Source of the DNA: Marinicella sp.
GTDB lineage: Bacteria > Pseudomonadota > Gammaproteobacteria > Xanthomonadales > Marinicellaceae
Length of the DNA: 64,000 nt
NCBI GenBank assembly: GCA_965230295.1
Contig: OZ246001.1
Coordinates: 1,408,001 to 1,472,000 of the forward strand
Direction of reading: 5' to 3'
Positions 10,106 to 19,965 of this stretch are shown here, piece after piece. The notes beneath the pieces were generated by a model. That model was not told the origin of the DNA and ran no database searches. It saw nothing but the letters and a program-made list of their open reading frames with translations. Position 1 is the first letter of the stretch; each line of letters opens with the position of its first letter. The position numbers were made by a program, and so were the translations under genes.

Positions 10106-11545
10106 TTATTGGTTATCAGTGATCTCTTTTGAGTAACTGTGCTTGTTGATGTTGGAATATTGAGCCAACAGCCCTGGTTGAGCATTGGCATTGGTGAATT
10201 TATTGATGCTGAAGCCAGTCACGGGAAAACCAAAATATGCATGTTCATCATCAATGTCTTTTAATGCATTTGAATCAAAATCCCTGGTTCTGGAAAAATC
10301 AATCACACTGTGTCCTTTTTCATAGGGTTTGACCCGAATACCATATTGATTGTTATAAGCGCCTAAAATTTGTGAACCATCCTCCTTTTCATTGCCAGGC
10401 TGGCAATTATAGAAAAACATGACATTAGATGCCCAGCATAAAGACGTTGTATCTGGCCGTGGAGGGGCTGTGCAAACCTGACCACCGGTGTTGATAATCT
10501 CACCACCATAACCGCCACCATAGGAGGTTGCAACATCCCACTCCCAGGTTCGACCAAATGTCAAACATGAACCTGTCTCATTTTCATATACTGACTGAAA
10601 TGGAGCTCTGGGTTCTTCTCGATTGACATAAAAGCCCTTGGTTGGAAATGAAACCACCCATTCTGTTTTAGCCGCTATGAATGAACCCAACAGAAAATCA
10701 TTTGAAATTGAGGTGCTCATATACAAGGCAGAAATCGCGTCTTCTCCAGTGCTCCAGTTGGACTCGTAAATTTGCCCGTCATTGAAAACCACACTTTTTG
10801 GCATGGCTGAACTGAGGTCTGGCAAAAAACTACCGGGTTCAGTATGAATCACTTCATCTGGATGGTAAAAATTTTCAATGGCATCTGCTTTATAAGTAAC
10901 CGATGCGCCTTCACTGACATTGACAACTGTGGCACTGCCTGACAACCCTCCTGTTGCAGGCATCAAATCAGTCAAGTCCCAATTCCCATTGTCTGTCCAA
11001 CCCCTCTCGATACCGCTACAGTTGGCAGGCACACCTACATGATCATGTTCTACCCAAGCGGCCACATCCTCAGGTAGAACACCCATTTCAAAGACTTGTA
11101 CCATGCCTTGTGTGACTCGTTCCATTTTTTCATTTCCCGTTGATGGAAATGTCAGAAATGCATAAGGAAGAAATTCTTGCCCACTTTTATTCAGAAATGG
11201 GGAGCATGAGGTGTCTGATGATACCTGTAGAACAGATGGCTGCCCTATGAATCCAGAAATCGTAGAAGTGGTTGCTACCAGTCCCAAATCCCAGGAATCA
11301 TACGCATCAAGATAAACGTTATAGGACAAAGTTAATGCCATATTGTCGCCTTCCAGAAAATTCACTTTGATGGCTTTGGCTTCATTGCGATTATTGGTGA
11401 TTTTGACCAAAGTATTCAATCCATTGTTGACTGTGTAGTATGGAAAAACCAAAACTTCACCTTCACCTGAGTAAGACATATTCGCAGCCATGCATTGATG
11501 AGAAAAAATCAATAACATGAATATTTGGATGTGTTTATTTTTCAT
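10106..11545 (-). CDS. Secreted hypothetical (cell-surface-type) protein
   Basis: Signal peptide and a GEVLVFPYYTVNNGLNTL N-terminal motif typical of an uncharacterised surface protein family; AAGGA RBS. Confidence 0.65.
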   Translation of the reverse strand: MKNKHIQIFMLLIFSHQCMAANMSYSGEGEVLVFPYYTVNNGLNTLVKITNNRNEAKAIKVNFLEGDNMALTLSYNVYLDAYDSWDLGLVATTSTISGFIGQPSVLQVSSDTSCSPFLNKSGQEFLPYAFLTFPSTGNEKMERVTQGMVQVFEMGVLPEDVAAWVEHDHVGVPANCSGIERGWTDNGNWDLTDLMPATGGLSGSATVVNVSEGASVTYKADAIENFYHPDEVIHTEPGSFLPDLSSAMPKSVVFNDGQIYESNWSTGEDAISALYMSTSISNDFLLGSFIAAKTEWVVSFPTKGFYVNREEPRAPFQSVYENETGSCLTFGRTWEWDVATSYGGGYGGEIINTGGQVCTAPPRPDTTSLCWASNVMFFYNCQPGNEKEDGSQILGAYNNQYGIRVKPYEKGHSVIDFSRTRDFDSNALKDIDDEHAYFGFPVTGFSINKFTNANAQPGLLAQYSNINKHSYSKEITDNQ

Positions 11546-11876
11546 AATGAATTCCTTGTTAATCAATCAATTGTTTACCTTGTTTAGAGACATTCTATGG
11601 TTTCTAAAAAGTAAATGTCCTTGCTTGAAACAAATCAAAACATTGTTGATACAAAATGAAACAGCTTATCTTTGGTCAATAATTATCGGGATTAATCCAT
11701 CATAAACAGTTAAAACTGACAATGATCATTGTGGAATAGGAAGCTGGGTCGGGTTGATCAAAAAGCGGGGCGATGACTGTTACACATTTGATGTGTATAA
11801 AATCAACAATTGACTTTATATATGGATCAAATCATTCGATAATGAGGGTTATATTGATTGATGTCATAACTCGAAT

Positions 11877-13457
11877 ATGCCAAAAGCGTTGATAAAACTT
11901 CTGATGTTGATGATGGTTCTCAGTGAAACATCTGTGAGTCAAACAGTTGGTCTGCAAACACACAAAGAAAATTCAGAAAATGCTTACACAATGATTTCAA
12001 GAAACGGGATCACCTACTTATTGGATACAGCAGGTTTGATCCTTCACACATGGGATCATGGTTCCAATACAAAGCATCCTGGGTATTTGCAGGACAATGG
12101 CGATTGGATCTTGGTCAGAAGAGGCATTAAAAGATACAACTGGGATGGTGACTTGGTTTGGGAATACAACAACACCGAGGCTCATCATGATGTGGCTGTG
12201 ATGCCCAATGGCAATGTGTTGCTGCTGATATGGGGATTTAAAACACAAGCAGAAGCCATAGCGGCTGGCCGGGATCCTGCCATGCTTGATGGTGATTTAA
12301 AACCCATGATGTTACATGAAGTCAATCCACAGGGTGATGTCGTCTGGGAGTGGCATGTTTGGGACCATTTGATACAGGATTTTAACCCCTTGCAAGATAA
12401 TTATGGTGTAGTGGCAGACCACCCTGAACTGGTGGACATTAATTACATGAGAAATTCAGGTGATGATTGGTTGCATGGCAATGCCATCGACTACAACCCT
12501 GAGCTTGATCAAATCATGCTGCTTCCCAGATTTATCAATGAAATTTGGATCATTGATCACAGCACCACCATCGCACAAGCGGCTGGACACTCCGGAGGGA
12601 ATGCGGGGAAAGGCGGTGATTTGCTGTATCGTTGGGGCAATCCTGCAGCCTACAGACAAAATGGGACACAGCAGAATTATGGTGGCCACGATGCCCAATG
12701 GATCAAACCAGGGCTACCAGGTGCAGGTCATATTTTGTTCTTTAATAACGGTGGCAATGATTATGGGCAAAATGGCAATTACTCCACTGTTGATGAATTT
12801 ATACCACCATTAAATGGATTCAATTATGATTTATTGCCCAGTAACACCTATGGTCCTTTGACACTGGAATGGCGTTATCAACAAACCCCTCCCGAGAATT
12901 TCTTTTCAAGTTTCATATCTGGAGCACAAAGATTACCCAATGGCAACACGTTCATAGATGAAGGAGACAAGGGACTGTTGTTTGAAGTAACCAGTGATGG
13001 CGAAATCGTTTGGCAATATCAAAACCCAATCAGCAATTCCGGTATTGTAAACCAAGGCGATAACGTACCATCAGCCCCAGCAACATCCTTATTCAGGGCC
13101 ACTAAATACCCGATTGACCACCCTGCCTTTCAGGGTCGAAACTTAACTCCATTGGGTCCAATAGAAAATTACAATGAATTTTTTGAACTCAGTATAGAGT
13201 CTTCCCACCCGGGATTGGTTATGTACCCATTGGACAATAACATGCAGCTTGGACCGGGACAGAAAATGCCATTGATTGCCGCAAAAGACAGTCAATACAT
13301 GTTTGTTGAATGGACCATTGAGTCCGGGACAATTGTCATTGATGATCTGATGAGTCGCCATACACATGTGGTTATGAATTCGGAAAATGTGACCATAAAA
13401 GCCCATTTCACCAACAATCCAGATTGGATTTTTGGCAATGGATTTGAGTCATTGTAA
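11877..13457 (+). CDS. Aryl-sulfate sulfotransferase (ASST) family protein with C-terminal small beta domain and IFGNGFE tail
   Basis: HHDVAVMPNGN, DWLHGNAIDY, HDAQWI and SGAQRLPNGNT motifs; signal peptide. Confidence 0.85.
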   Translation: MPKALIKLLMLMMVLSETSVSQTVGLQTHKENSENAYTMISRNGITYLLDTAGLILHTWDHGSNTKHPGYLQDNGDWILVRRGIKRYNWDGDLVWEYNNTEAHHDVAVMPNGNVLLLIWGFKTQAEAIAAGRDPAMLDGDLKPMMLHEVNPQGDVVWEWHVWDHLIQDFNPLQDNYGVVADHPELVDINYMRNSGDDWLHGNAIDYNPELDQIMLLPRFINEIWIIDHSTTIAQAAGHSGGNAGKGGDLLYRWGNPAAYRQNGTQQNYGGHDAQWIKPGLPGAGHILFFNNGGNDYGQNGNYSTVDEFIPPLNGFNYDLLPSNTYGPLTLEWRYQQTPPENFFSSFISGAQRLPNGNTFIDEGDKGLLFEVTSDGEIVWQYQNPISNSGIVNQGDNVPSAPATSLFRATKYPIDHPAFQGRNLTPLGPIENYNEFFELSIESSHPGLVMYPLDNNMQLGPGQKMPLIAAKDSQYMFVEWTIESGTIVIDDLMSRHTHVVMNSENVTIKAHFTNNPDWIFGNGFESL

Positions 13458-13574
13458 AAGCAACGATCATATACATGAGAATGGGATGAAATCAGTGATA
13501 AGCTGATATTTTGATGAATTGTATTGATTTGATTTGGTGCAAAATTTAGAATCGTATATTTGGTGAGTGTGAAA

Positions 13575-16421
13575 ATGAAAAATTTAGTACTAAAAGTAGG
13601 TCAATTATTTATATTGTGCTTGCTAATAAATCCTGTCAGCTTTGCGGCTCCGTTAACCAACTTCACAGTAACGCCAGCAGATTTAACAGCAGGAGCAACC
13701 ACAACTTACACCGTTCAATTTGATGCCGCATCCAGCATCAGTACATCAAGTACCAATTGGCTCAGGTTTGTCACAGGTTCTGGTGGTGCCAACTTAGACA
13801 ATGCAGTCGTTCAATCATCCTCTCCGAACATCACCATTAATTGTTCAAATTGCACCACAGTAAGTGCCTTTATACGAGTCACTGCCAGCTCAGTGGGGCC
13901 GGGCGATACTGTGACGTTCGTCTTGGGAAATGTCGTGAATCCACCAAGTCCTGGGCTTGGTCCGAACTACACAATGAATGTAGAAGACAGTGGTTACACA
14001 GCAATTGATACAGCCACAATTGGTGGCAGTTTATACACGGGTAATAACAGCCCTGTGGTAGCCAATCAGATCCCAAATCAATCAATTCAAGAACAGGATG
14101 GTGCCATCACAGTTGATTTGAATTCTGGTGCTGGTGTTAACACCAATCTGAATTACACATTCACCGATGGAGATGGCGATCCAATGACTTTCTCCATTGT
14201 TGCCGGCCATGACACCAATGTAGTCACGGCCCAGGTGGTCAGTGAAGAACTGGTGATCACTGGACAAGGTACAGGCAGCACATTTGTTACCGTTGAGGCA
14301 GATGACAGTGATGAAGGCACCATAACGGATACATTCAATGTTTCCGTTATTGGTTCTCTAGAGCCTGCTTCAGTCACGCCCGCATCGGTCATTGCCGGCG
14401 ACACAACCAACTACACCGTGGTGTTCCAACCAGCCACCGTGATTAACAGCGGTGATTTCATTATTTTAACTTCTCAAGCCAACAACCAGGATCATACCAA
14501 CAGTACCTTTGTTTCATTATCAGGTGGATTATCCGGTTTTAAATCAGCAGGCAGCGCCAATCACACAGTGATTTGGCTGAATGGTGGTTCTGCCGGTCCT
14601 GGTGACACTGTGACTCTGGTGCTGGGCAATATCGTTAACCCTGGTGCCGCTGGTCAAAGTGATGATTACACCCTGAGAACCACTGATGGTGGCAGCACAA
14701 CTGGCATCATAACCGTTCCAGGCACCGTTTATGGCAGCACCAGTACCCCAACTGTGGTCAATCCGATACCCAATCAATCGATTCAAGAACAGCAAGGCAG
14801 CATCACTGTAGATCTCAATTCGGGCGGTGGTGTCAATACTGACTTGAATTACACTTTCGTGGATGGAGATGGTCACCCATTGACGTTCACAATTGACAAT
14901 GTAGGTGACACCAATGTGGTCACAGCTCAAGTCATCAGTGATGAATTGATCATTACTGGACAAGGCACTGGATCCACCACAGTCACAGTCCGAGCAGATG
15001 ACATGATAGACGGGTCGGTGACCGACACATTTAACGTCTCTGTGGTAGGATCTTTGGCACCGGCCTCTGTGACTCCGAGCTCGAATGTAACAGCTGTCAA
15101 CTCCACCTATACGGTTGTATTTCAGCCAGCTACAGTGATTAATAATGGTGACTTTATCATCTTAAGTTCTGCTGCAAACAATCAAATCCACACCAACAGT
15201 ACACTGGTTTCTTTGTCTGGCGGACTGTCAGGCATTAGATCAGCAGGTAGTGCCAGTCATACGGTGATTCAGCTTAACGGTGGATCAGCTGGGCCAGGTG
15301 ACAGCATCACCATGGTTTTGGGTGATATCGTCAATCCGGCAGCAGCAGGTCAAAGTGATGATTACACACTCTCTACCACAGATGGTGGTAATACCACCGG
15401 CATCATAACCATAGCTGGCTCAGTTTATATTGGAACCAACCTACCTACAGTTGCCAACCCAATTCCTGACCAAGACATCGATGAAGAATCTGGCAGTATT
15501 GTGGTTGACTTAAACAGTGGTGCCGGTGTTAACACTGACCTGAACTTCACCTTTGATGATGCCGATGGTCACACATTAGCCTTCTCCATTGATGCCGGGC
15601 ATGACACCAACGTGGTACTGGCAAGCATCGTTAATGATGAATTGGTCATAACAGGGCAAGGCACAGGAACCACAACAGTTACTGTCCGGGCAGATGACAG
15701 CATTGATGGCTCAGTGGCAGACAGCTTCGATGTGGCAGTTATCGGATCATTGGCACCTGCCTCAGTCGTTCCTTCGTCTTTCAATGCAGGTGAATTAGAA
15801 TCTTACACCATTCAATTCAGGCCATCGGTCAGTTTGTCCAGCGGCGATACATTGACATTCTCGGCTCCTGGAGGACAAGACCAATCCAACAGTAGTCTGG
15901 GGCAAATCAGCGGAGGATCCATCACAGGGTCGGTCACATTCAGTGATCAAGACAGTTCAGTCGTCACATTTAATGGTGGCTTAGCCACTCCTGGGGATCT
16001 TGTCACAATTGTTTTGGACAATATATTCAACCCTGTGGCTGTAGGCATGGGGCCTGACTACCTACTCACAACTTCAGACACAGGCATAATAATCAATGGC
16101 CGTTCTACAGTAAATGGCGATGTATTCGTTGCCAGTGATTTGATTTATGAGAACGGTTTTGAACAGGTTTTCTTGAACGTTAACCAAGCAAATAACCTCC
16201 TGAAATTAATTGCTGATCATTCTGCTTCAAAATCAAATCAACTACCAAAACTCAACACCAGCTTCAATACAGTTGTCTATTTTGACCAACAAATGCGTTT
16301 GACAAATTTTGATGACATGATGCTCTGGTTTGAAACCGTGCTTGCTGTGGAAGATCCCTATGGTGACTTCGATGGTGACGGTATATTCAACCAACTTGAT
16401 TTTTATCCTTTGGGTTTTTAG
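13575..16421 (+). CDS. Secreted Ig-like/cadherin-like tandem-repeat surface protein
   Basis: Signal peptide; Thr/Ser/Val/Gly-rich; three 232-aa repeat units; DLIYENGFE motif and terminal DFDGDG. Confidence 0.8.
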   Translation: MKNLVLKVGQLFILCLLINPVSFAAPLTNFTVTPADLTAGATTTYTVQFDAASSISTSSTNWLRFVTGSGGANLDNAVVQSSSPNITINCSNCTTVSAFIRVTASSVGPGDTVTFVLGNVVNPPSPGLGPNYTMNVEDSGYTAIDTATIGGSLYTGNNSPVVANQIPNQSIQEQDGAITVDLNSGAGVNTNLNYTFTDGDGDPMTFSIVAGHDTNVVTAQVVSEELVITGQGTGSTFVTVEADDSDEGTITDTFNVSVIGSLEPASVTPASVIAGDTTNYTVVFQPATVINSGDFIILTSQANNQDHTNSTFVSLSGGLSGFKSAGSANHTVIWLNGGSAGPGDTVTLVLGNIVNPGAAGQSDDYTLRTTDGGSTTGIITVPGTVYGSTSTPTVVNPIPNQSIQEQQGSITVDLNSGGGVNTDLNYTFVDGDGHPLTFTIDNVGDTNVVTAQVISDELIITGQGTGSTTVTVRADDMIDGSVTDTFNVSVVGSLAPASVTPSSNVTAVNSTYTVVFQPATVINNGDFIILSSAANNQIHTNSTLVSLSGGLSGIRSAGSASHTVIQLNGGSAGPGDSITMVLGDIVNPAAAGQSDDYTLSTTDGGNTTGIITIAGSVYIGTNLPTVANPIPDQDIDEESGSIVVDLNSGAGVNTDLNFTFDDADGHTLAFSIDAGHDTNVVLASIVNDELVITGQGTGTTTVTVRADDSIDGSVADSFDVAVIGSLAPASVVPSSFNAGELESYTIQFRPSVSLSSGDTLTFSAPGGQDQSNSSLGQISGGSITGSVTFSDQDSSVVTFNGGLATPGDLVTIVLDNIFNPVAVGMGPDYLLTTSDTGIIINGRSTVNGDVFVASDLIYENGFEQVFLNVNQANNLLKLIADHSASKSNQLPKLNTSFNTVVYFDQQMRLTNFDDMMLWFETVLAVEDPYGDFDGDGIFNQLDFYPLGF
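14049..16133 (+). repeat. Intragenic tandem repeat, 3 x 696 bp
   Basis: Units start at 14049, 14745 and 15441 (xPxVxNxIPxQ..VDLNSGxGVNTxLNxTF); the sequences have diverged. Confidence 0.85.
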
Positions 16422-16438
16422 ACTTTAAATTCATTCAA

Positions 16439-16475
16439 TCGATGCACCACTTATATTAACTAAGTGGTGCATCGA
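16439..16475 (+). terminator. Rho-independent terminator-like hairpin
   Basis: TCGATGCACCACTTA-7nt-TAAGTGGTGCATCGA just after stop 16421. Confidence 0.7.
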
Positions 16476-16644
16476 GTCAGTTTTTAAAACCCCAAACTTC
16501 ATTAATTCACTCAATTTGCATCCCGTGAATAAGCTGTGATTCAAAGTACCATGTTGTTATTTAAAAAGTGAAAATGATCTTTGCAGAGTGGTTTCTCTGA
16601 ACTAAACTTGATCATGTGATAAACGTTTAGTGATGGGGGTTTAG

Positions 16645-18138
16645 ATGAAAAATCTGAAACACAGGGTTCAAAAAGTTGGCCTTTTCAACAGACAAGCCCA
16701 CTTACGAAAGCGGCTGATCACGCTCTGCTTACTCAGTCCTGTCTTGATATTGAATGTCTGTTTTGGCATGGATTTCGGAGATGCGCCAGACCCATTTTAT
16801 CCAACTACCCTGTCCAACGACGGAGCTCGGCACACAGCAACAGGCCCCACACTGGGTATCTTGCGAGACTCCGAAACTGACGGCCTGCCTGATGCCAATG
16901 CGTTAGGTGATGACCTGGATGGTGACTGGCTCGATGCAGGTGAGCAAATCGCCAGCAGTTCTGCCATGGCGATCGGCAACAACGTCATCAATATCAACAT
17001 CCCTTGTGGTGCCACAGCGGGCATCACATACACCCGTTTCAGGCTGAGTTCAACGGGTGGGCTTTCGCCATCAGGTCATGCAAATGACGGTGAAATCGAA
17101 GACCATGAGGTCACTTTGCTGCCTGCAACGCCGATGATCGCCTGTCCGCAAGATTTGGTGCTTAACTTTGAGGATTCGGCAGAACCCTACCGGGCTCCAG
17201 AATCCCCCATCATCCATTATGATTTCAACAACAGCAGCTTCGAAGTACAAGACATCAGTGCCAGCACAACAGTTCACAATGGATTTCAGCTCGGCGCTGT
17301 GGGTTTTCAGAATGGCATTGAAAGCATGGCGGCAGACCTCAGTACAGAGGGCTGTGTTGAAGTTCAAAACCACCCTGAGATCAACGGCGCACCTGTGGGT
17401 GATCGTTCGATCTCTTTTTGGTTCATCGTCGATACATCCGCTCCTCCTGCCCGGATAGTGGTGTATGAAGAAGGCAATGCGAACACGGGGTTATCAATTT
17501 ATGTCAATCAACTGAGCCAGGAACTCAATGTTGGCATTTGGAAGGGCCAAGGAATAGCACCCGGATTTACTGGCATTCCGGGGGTTGATTACAGTCTTCT
17601 CCAGTCTGGTATTGGCACCATCATTAACAACAATTGGTACCATGTGACCCTCGTGCTTAACAGCGCTGGAGGAACCGTTCAAGCCTTTCTTGATGGGGCA
17701 TCCATGGACAACGATACCTTTGGGTTCCCATTACCCACACACAACGGTGGTGTCTGCGTCGGTGGGGTGCATGATGATACCCGCTATTTGGACAGTGGAG
17801 AGGTTACTGATGGTGATGGAGACTACCTCAACGGTCGCATGGATCAATTCCTGCTTTACAATCGGGTGTTGACGACCGAAGAGGTCTCCGGTTTGGCCGA
17901 CATCAACCGATCGCAAAACAGCGCTGGGGGCCCTCTGGCTATAGGCAGTTGTTCTACCAACCTTGAAATAGGTCGGAACGACATCGTCAGCGCCGGTACC
18001 AGTGGCATTGTTTGGACCATAGACCGAACCTGGTCGGCTCAGAATCAAGGGGGCAACAGTGCATCGTGCATACAGGTCATTGATGGCTTCGATCCCTTTA
18101 TTTTTGGAAATGGCTTCGAACCGATCAATAATTTTTGA
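16645..18138 (+). CDS. Secreted GEVED-domain / LamG-like / HYR-like mosaic protein with IFGNGFE tail
   Basis: DFGDAP..YTRFRLS..GEIEDH (GEVED); WYHVTLV..LDG..GRMDQFLLYNRVLT (LamG); IACPQD..IDRTWSA..GNSASC (HYR-like). Confidence 0.75.
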   Translation: MKNLKHRVQKVGLFNRQAHLRKRLITLCLLSPVLILNVCFGMDFGDAPDPFYPTTLSNDGARHTATGPTLGILRDSETDGLPDANALGDDLDGDWLDAGEQIASSSAMAIGNNVININIPCGATAGITYTRFRLSSTGGLSPSGHANDGEIEDHEVTLLPATPMIACPQDLVLNFEDSAEPYRAPESPIIHYDFNNSSFEVQDISASTTVHNGFQLGAVGFQNGIESMAADLSTEGCVEVQNHPEINGAPVGDRSISFWFIVDTSAPPARIVVYEEGNANTGLSIYVNQLSQELNVGIWKGQGIAPGFTGIPGVDYSLLQSGIGTIINNNWYHVTLVLNSAGGTVQAFLDGASMDNDTFGFPLPTHNGGVCVGGVHDDTRYLDSGEVTDGDGDYLNGRMDQFLLYNRVLTTEEVSGLADINRSQNSAGGPLAIGSCSTNLEIGRNDIVSAGTSGIVWTIDRTWSAQNQGGNSASCIQVIDGFDPFIFGNGFEPINNF

Positions 18139-18229
18139 AAAATGAAATGACATCACACCTGCCAATACAAGCGTGCATGGATCAATCATTAAAGTGTATT
18201 GGCACGGAAATATCAAAAAAAATGCCCGA

Positions 18230-18585
18230 GGAAAGCTGCTGAGCAGCTTGACCCGCCGAGCCGGTTAGGCAGTGAGTGGAATAAAGGTGGTTTTGCGAAG
18301 CAAAGGAACCTTTATGCAATGAGCGATTAGCCGTGAGCTATTGATGTTGCGGCCGCTATCGTTCCTAGCTATCGCGGCAGACCTAAATCCATGTAGGCCA
18401 ATCAGAGGCGAAGAGCCCGAGATAGCATGTCATGTTCGCCGTGTTCGTTTTCACTTTTGTCTGGAACAGACATGCAGTGCGAAGCAACTGCTCAGACAAT
18501 AGTCTGTAAAGGTCGGTTTATTTGCGCAGCAAATATGAAGACCTGTCAGACCATGAACCAGAATGGAGCCCCAAGAACATTCCTT
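18230..18585. repeat. Structured intergenic repeat, copy A
   Basis: 37 bp identical to 24967-25003 and 102 bp (18455-18556) identical to 50020-50121; many nested hairpins. Confidence 0.9.
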
Positions 18586-18706
18586 TTTATCAACGGAATT
18601 ACTGCTGGCAATCCACCCTAAAAAACAGTATATTTGAGGGCAGAAGTACTCAATCGAATGGGGTTTTGTATTTCAAAATTCACTTTACTTTTACATTCAT
18701 ATTTCG

Positions 18707-19531
18707 ATGAGTCAATTACAAATTCCTATCTTGGCATACCATGCCAGTAACATCACTGGTAACAGTTATCGGTTGAATGATCACATTGCCTTTGAAAATG
18801 ACCTTTATCATATACACCAACAAGGTTTTAAAATCATCCCCCTCAAGTGGATATCAGAGTGGGTCATGGGTGACCGGGACTTGTCCCAATTGGGTAATAA
18901 ACTGATTGGTTTGAGTTGTGATGACGGATTGGATTTAGACTTTAAAGACGGTCATTATTTTGCTTTTGGTCCACAAGTCAGTTTCTACAACATTCTAAAG
19001 CACTTTGTTGAATCTGTTGGCCATGAAAACCAACCACATGCCAGTTTGACTTCTTTTGTGATTGCATCTTCCGAGGGCAGAAAGAAAATTGATGATGTTT
19101 CATTGCAAGGTCACGGCCTCTTGAATGAAGACTGGTGGCATGAAGCCAACCATTCTGATCTGATTGAAATTGAGAACCACTCCTGGGATCATCGACACCC
19201 AGACATTTACCCTGAAAACCTGGCCAACTTCACCTCTGTTCAGGACCATGAAACAGCCTATAAGCAAATTGTTGAAGCCAAAAGTTACATCGATGAAAGG
19301 TTGGGTCCAAACGGCACCGCTTTATTTGCTTACCCATGGGGTCATGTTAATGACTATTTGCTCAATGAATTTTTGCCCACCACTGGCCTTCAACATGGCA
19401 TAGAAGCGGCCTTCACCTGCGGAGCCACAAATGTAATTGAGAACACCAGCCGGTGGGAATTGCCGCGTTATATCTGTGGTTTTAACTGGAAATCTCCAAC
19501 TGAATTGAACTCAATTCTGAATTCAGTTTAA
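18707..19531 (+). CDS. Polysaccharide deacetylase (NodB/CE4-like) family protein
   Basis: PILAYH, SCDDG, ENHSWDH, FAYPWG and LPRY motifs. Confidence 0.85.
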   Translation: MSQLQIPILAYHASNITGNSYRLNDHIAFENDLYHIHQQGFKIIPLKWISEWVMGDRDLSQLGNKLIGLSCDDGLDLDFKDGHYFAFGPQVSFYNILKHFVESVGHENQPHASLTSFVIASSEGRKKIDDVSLQGHGLLNEDWWHEANHSDLIEIENHSWDHRHPDIYPENLANFTSVQDHETAYKQIVEAKSYIDERLGPNGTALFAYPWGHVNDYLLNEFLPTTGLQHGIEAAFTCGATNVIENTSRWELPRYICGFNWKSPTELNSILNSV

Positions 19532-19965
19532 AAAGAAAGCCCAATCAATCTCAGTAAGTCTGGGTAATTGGGATAGGTTAATGGCATTGCTTGGGGTTTG
19601 AGATTGTCGACCGAATTGCTTACACCCTGGTGCCGTTACACTGTGAACTGTTTGGGCATATAGTACGGAGATAATCCTTCCACCAAGATTGCACTGGGTG
19701 GCTAGATTGAAATCAGTTATTTTGTGCCAAAATTTGGCAGTCATACTTTAAGTGGGTTTCAAAAACCACTGGTCCCATCACAAAACGGCATCTTCAATGT
19801 AGAAAAACCCGGTTTTTCACCTGGGTTGTCATTGTTTTTTGAAACGGTATTGTTCAGGAATTAACAAATAGTTATCATTGATCATGTGTCGATTTTAAGG
19901 GTTCTCCAAGGAGTCACACAAAAGGTATTAAGCGGAAAGCAAAGATAAAAAGTTGGAGGTGTGAA

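Noticed and set aside
18427-18710. Short ORFs 18427-18621 and 18522-18710 (also 24928-25110 and 49855-50067)
   Set aside because: They are translations of the structured repeat; frames are not conserved between copies.
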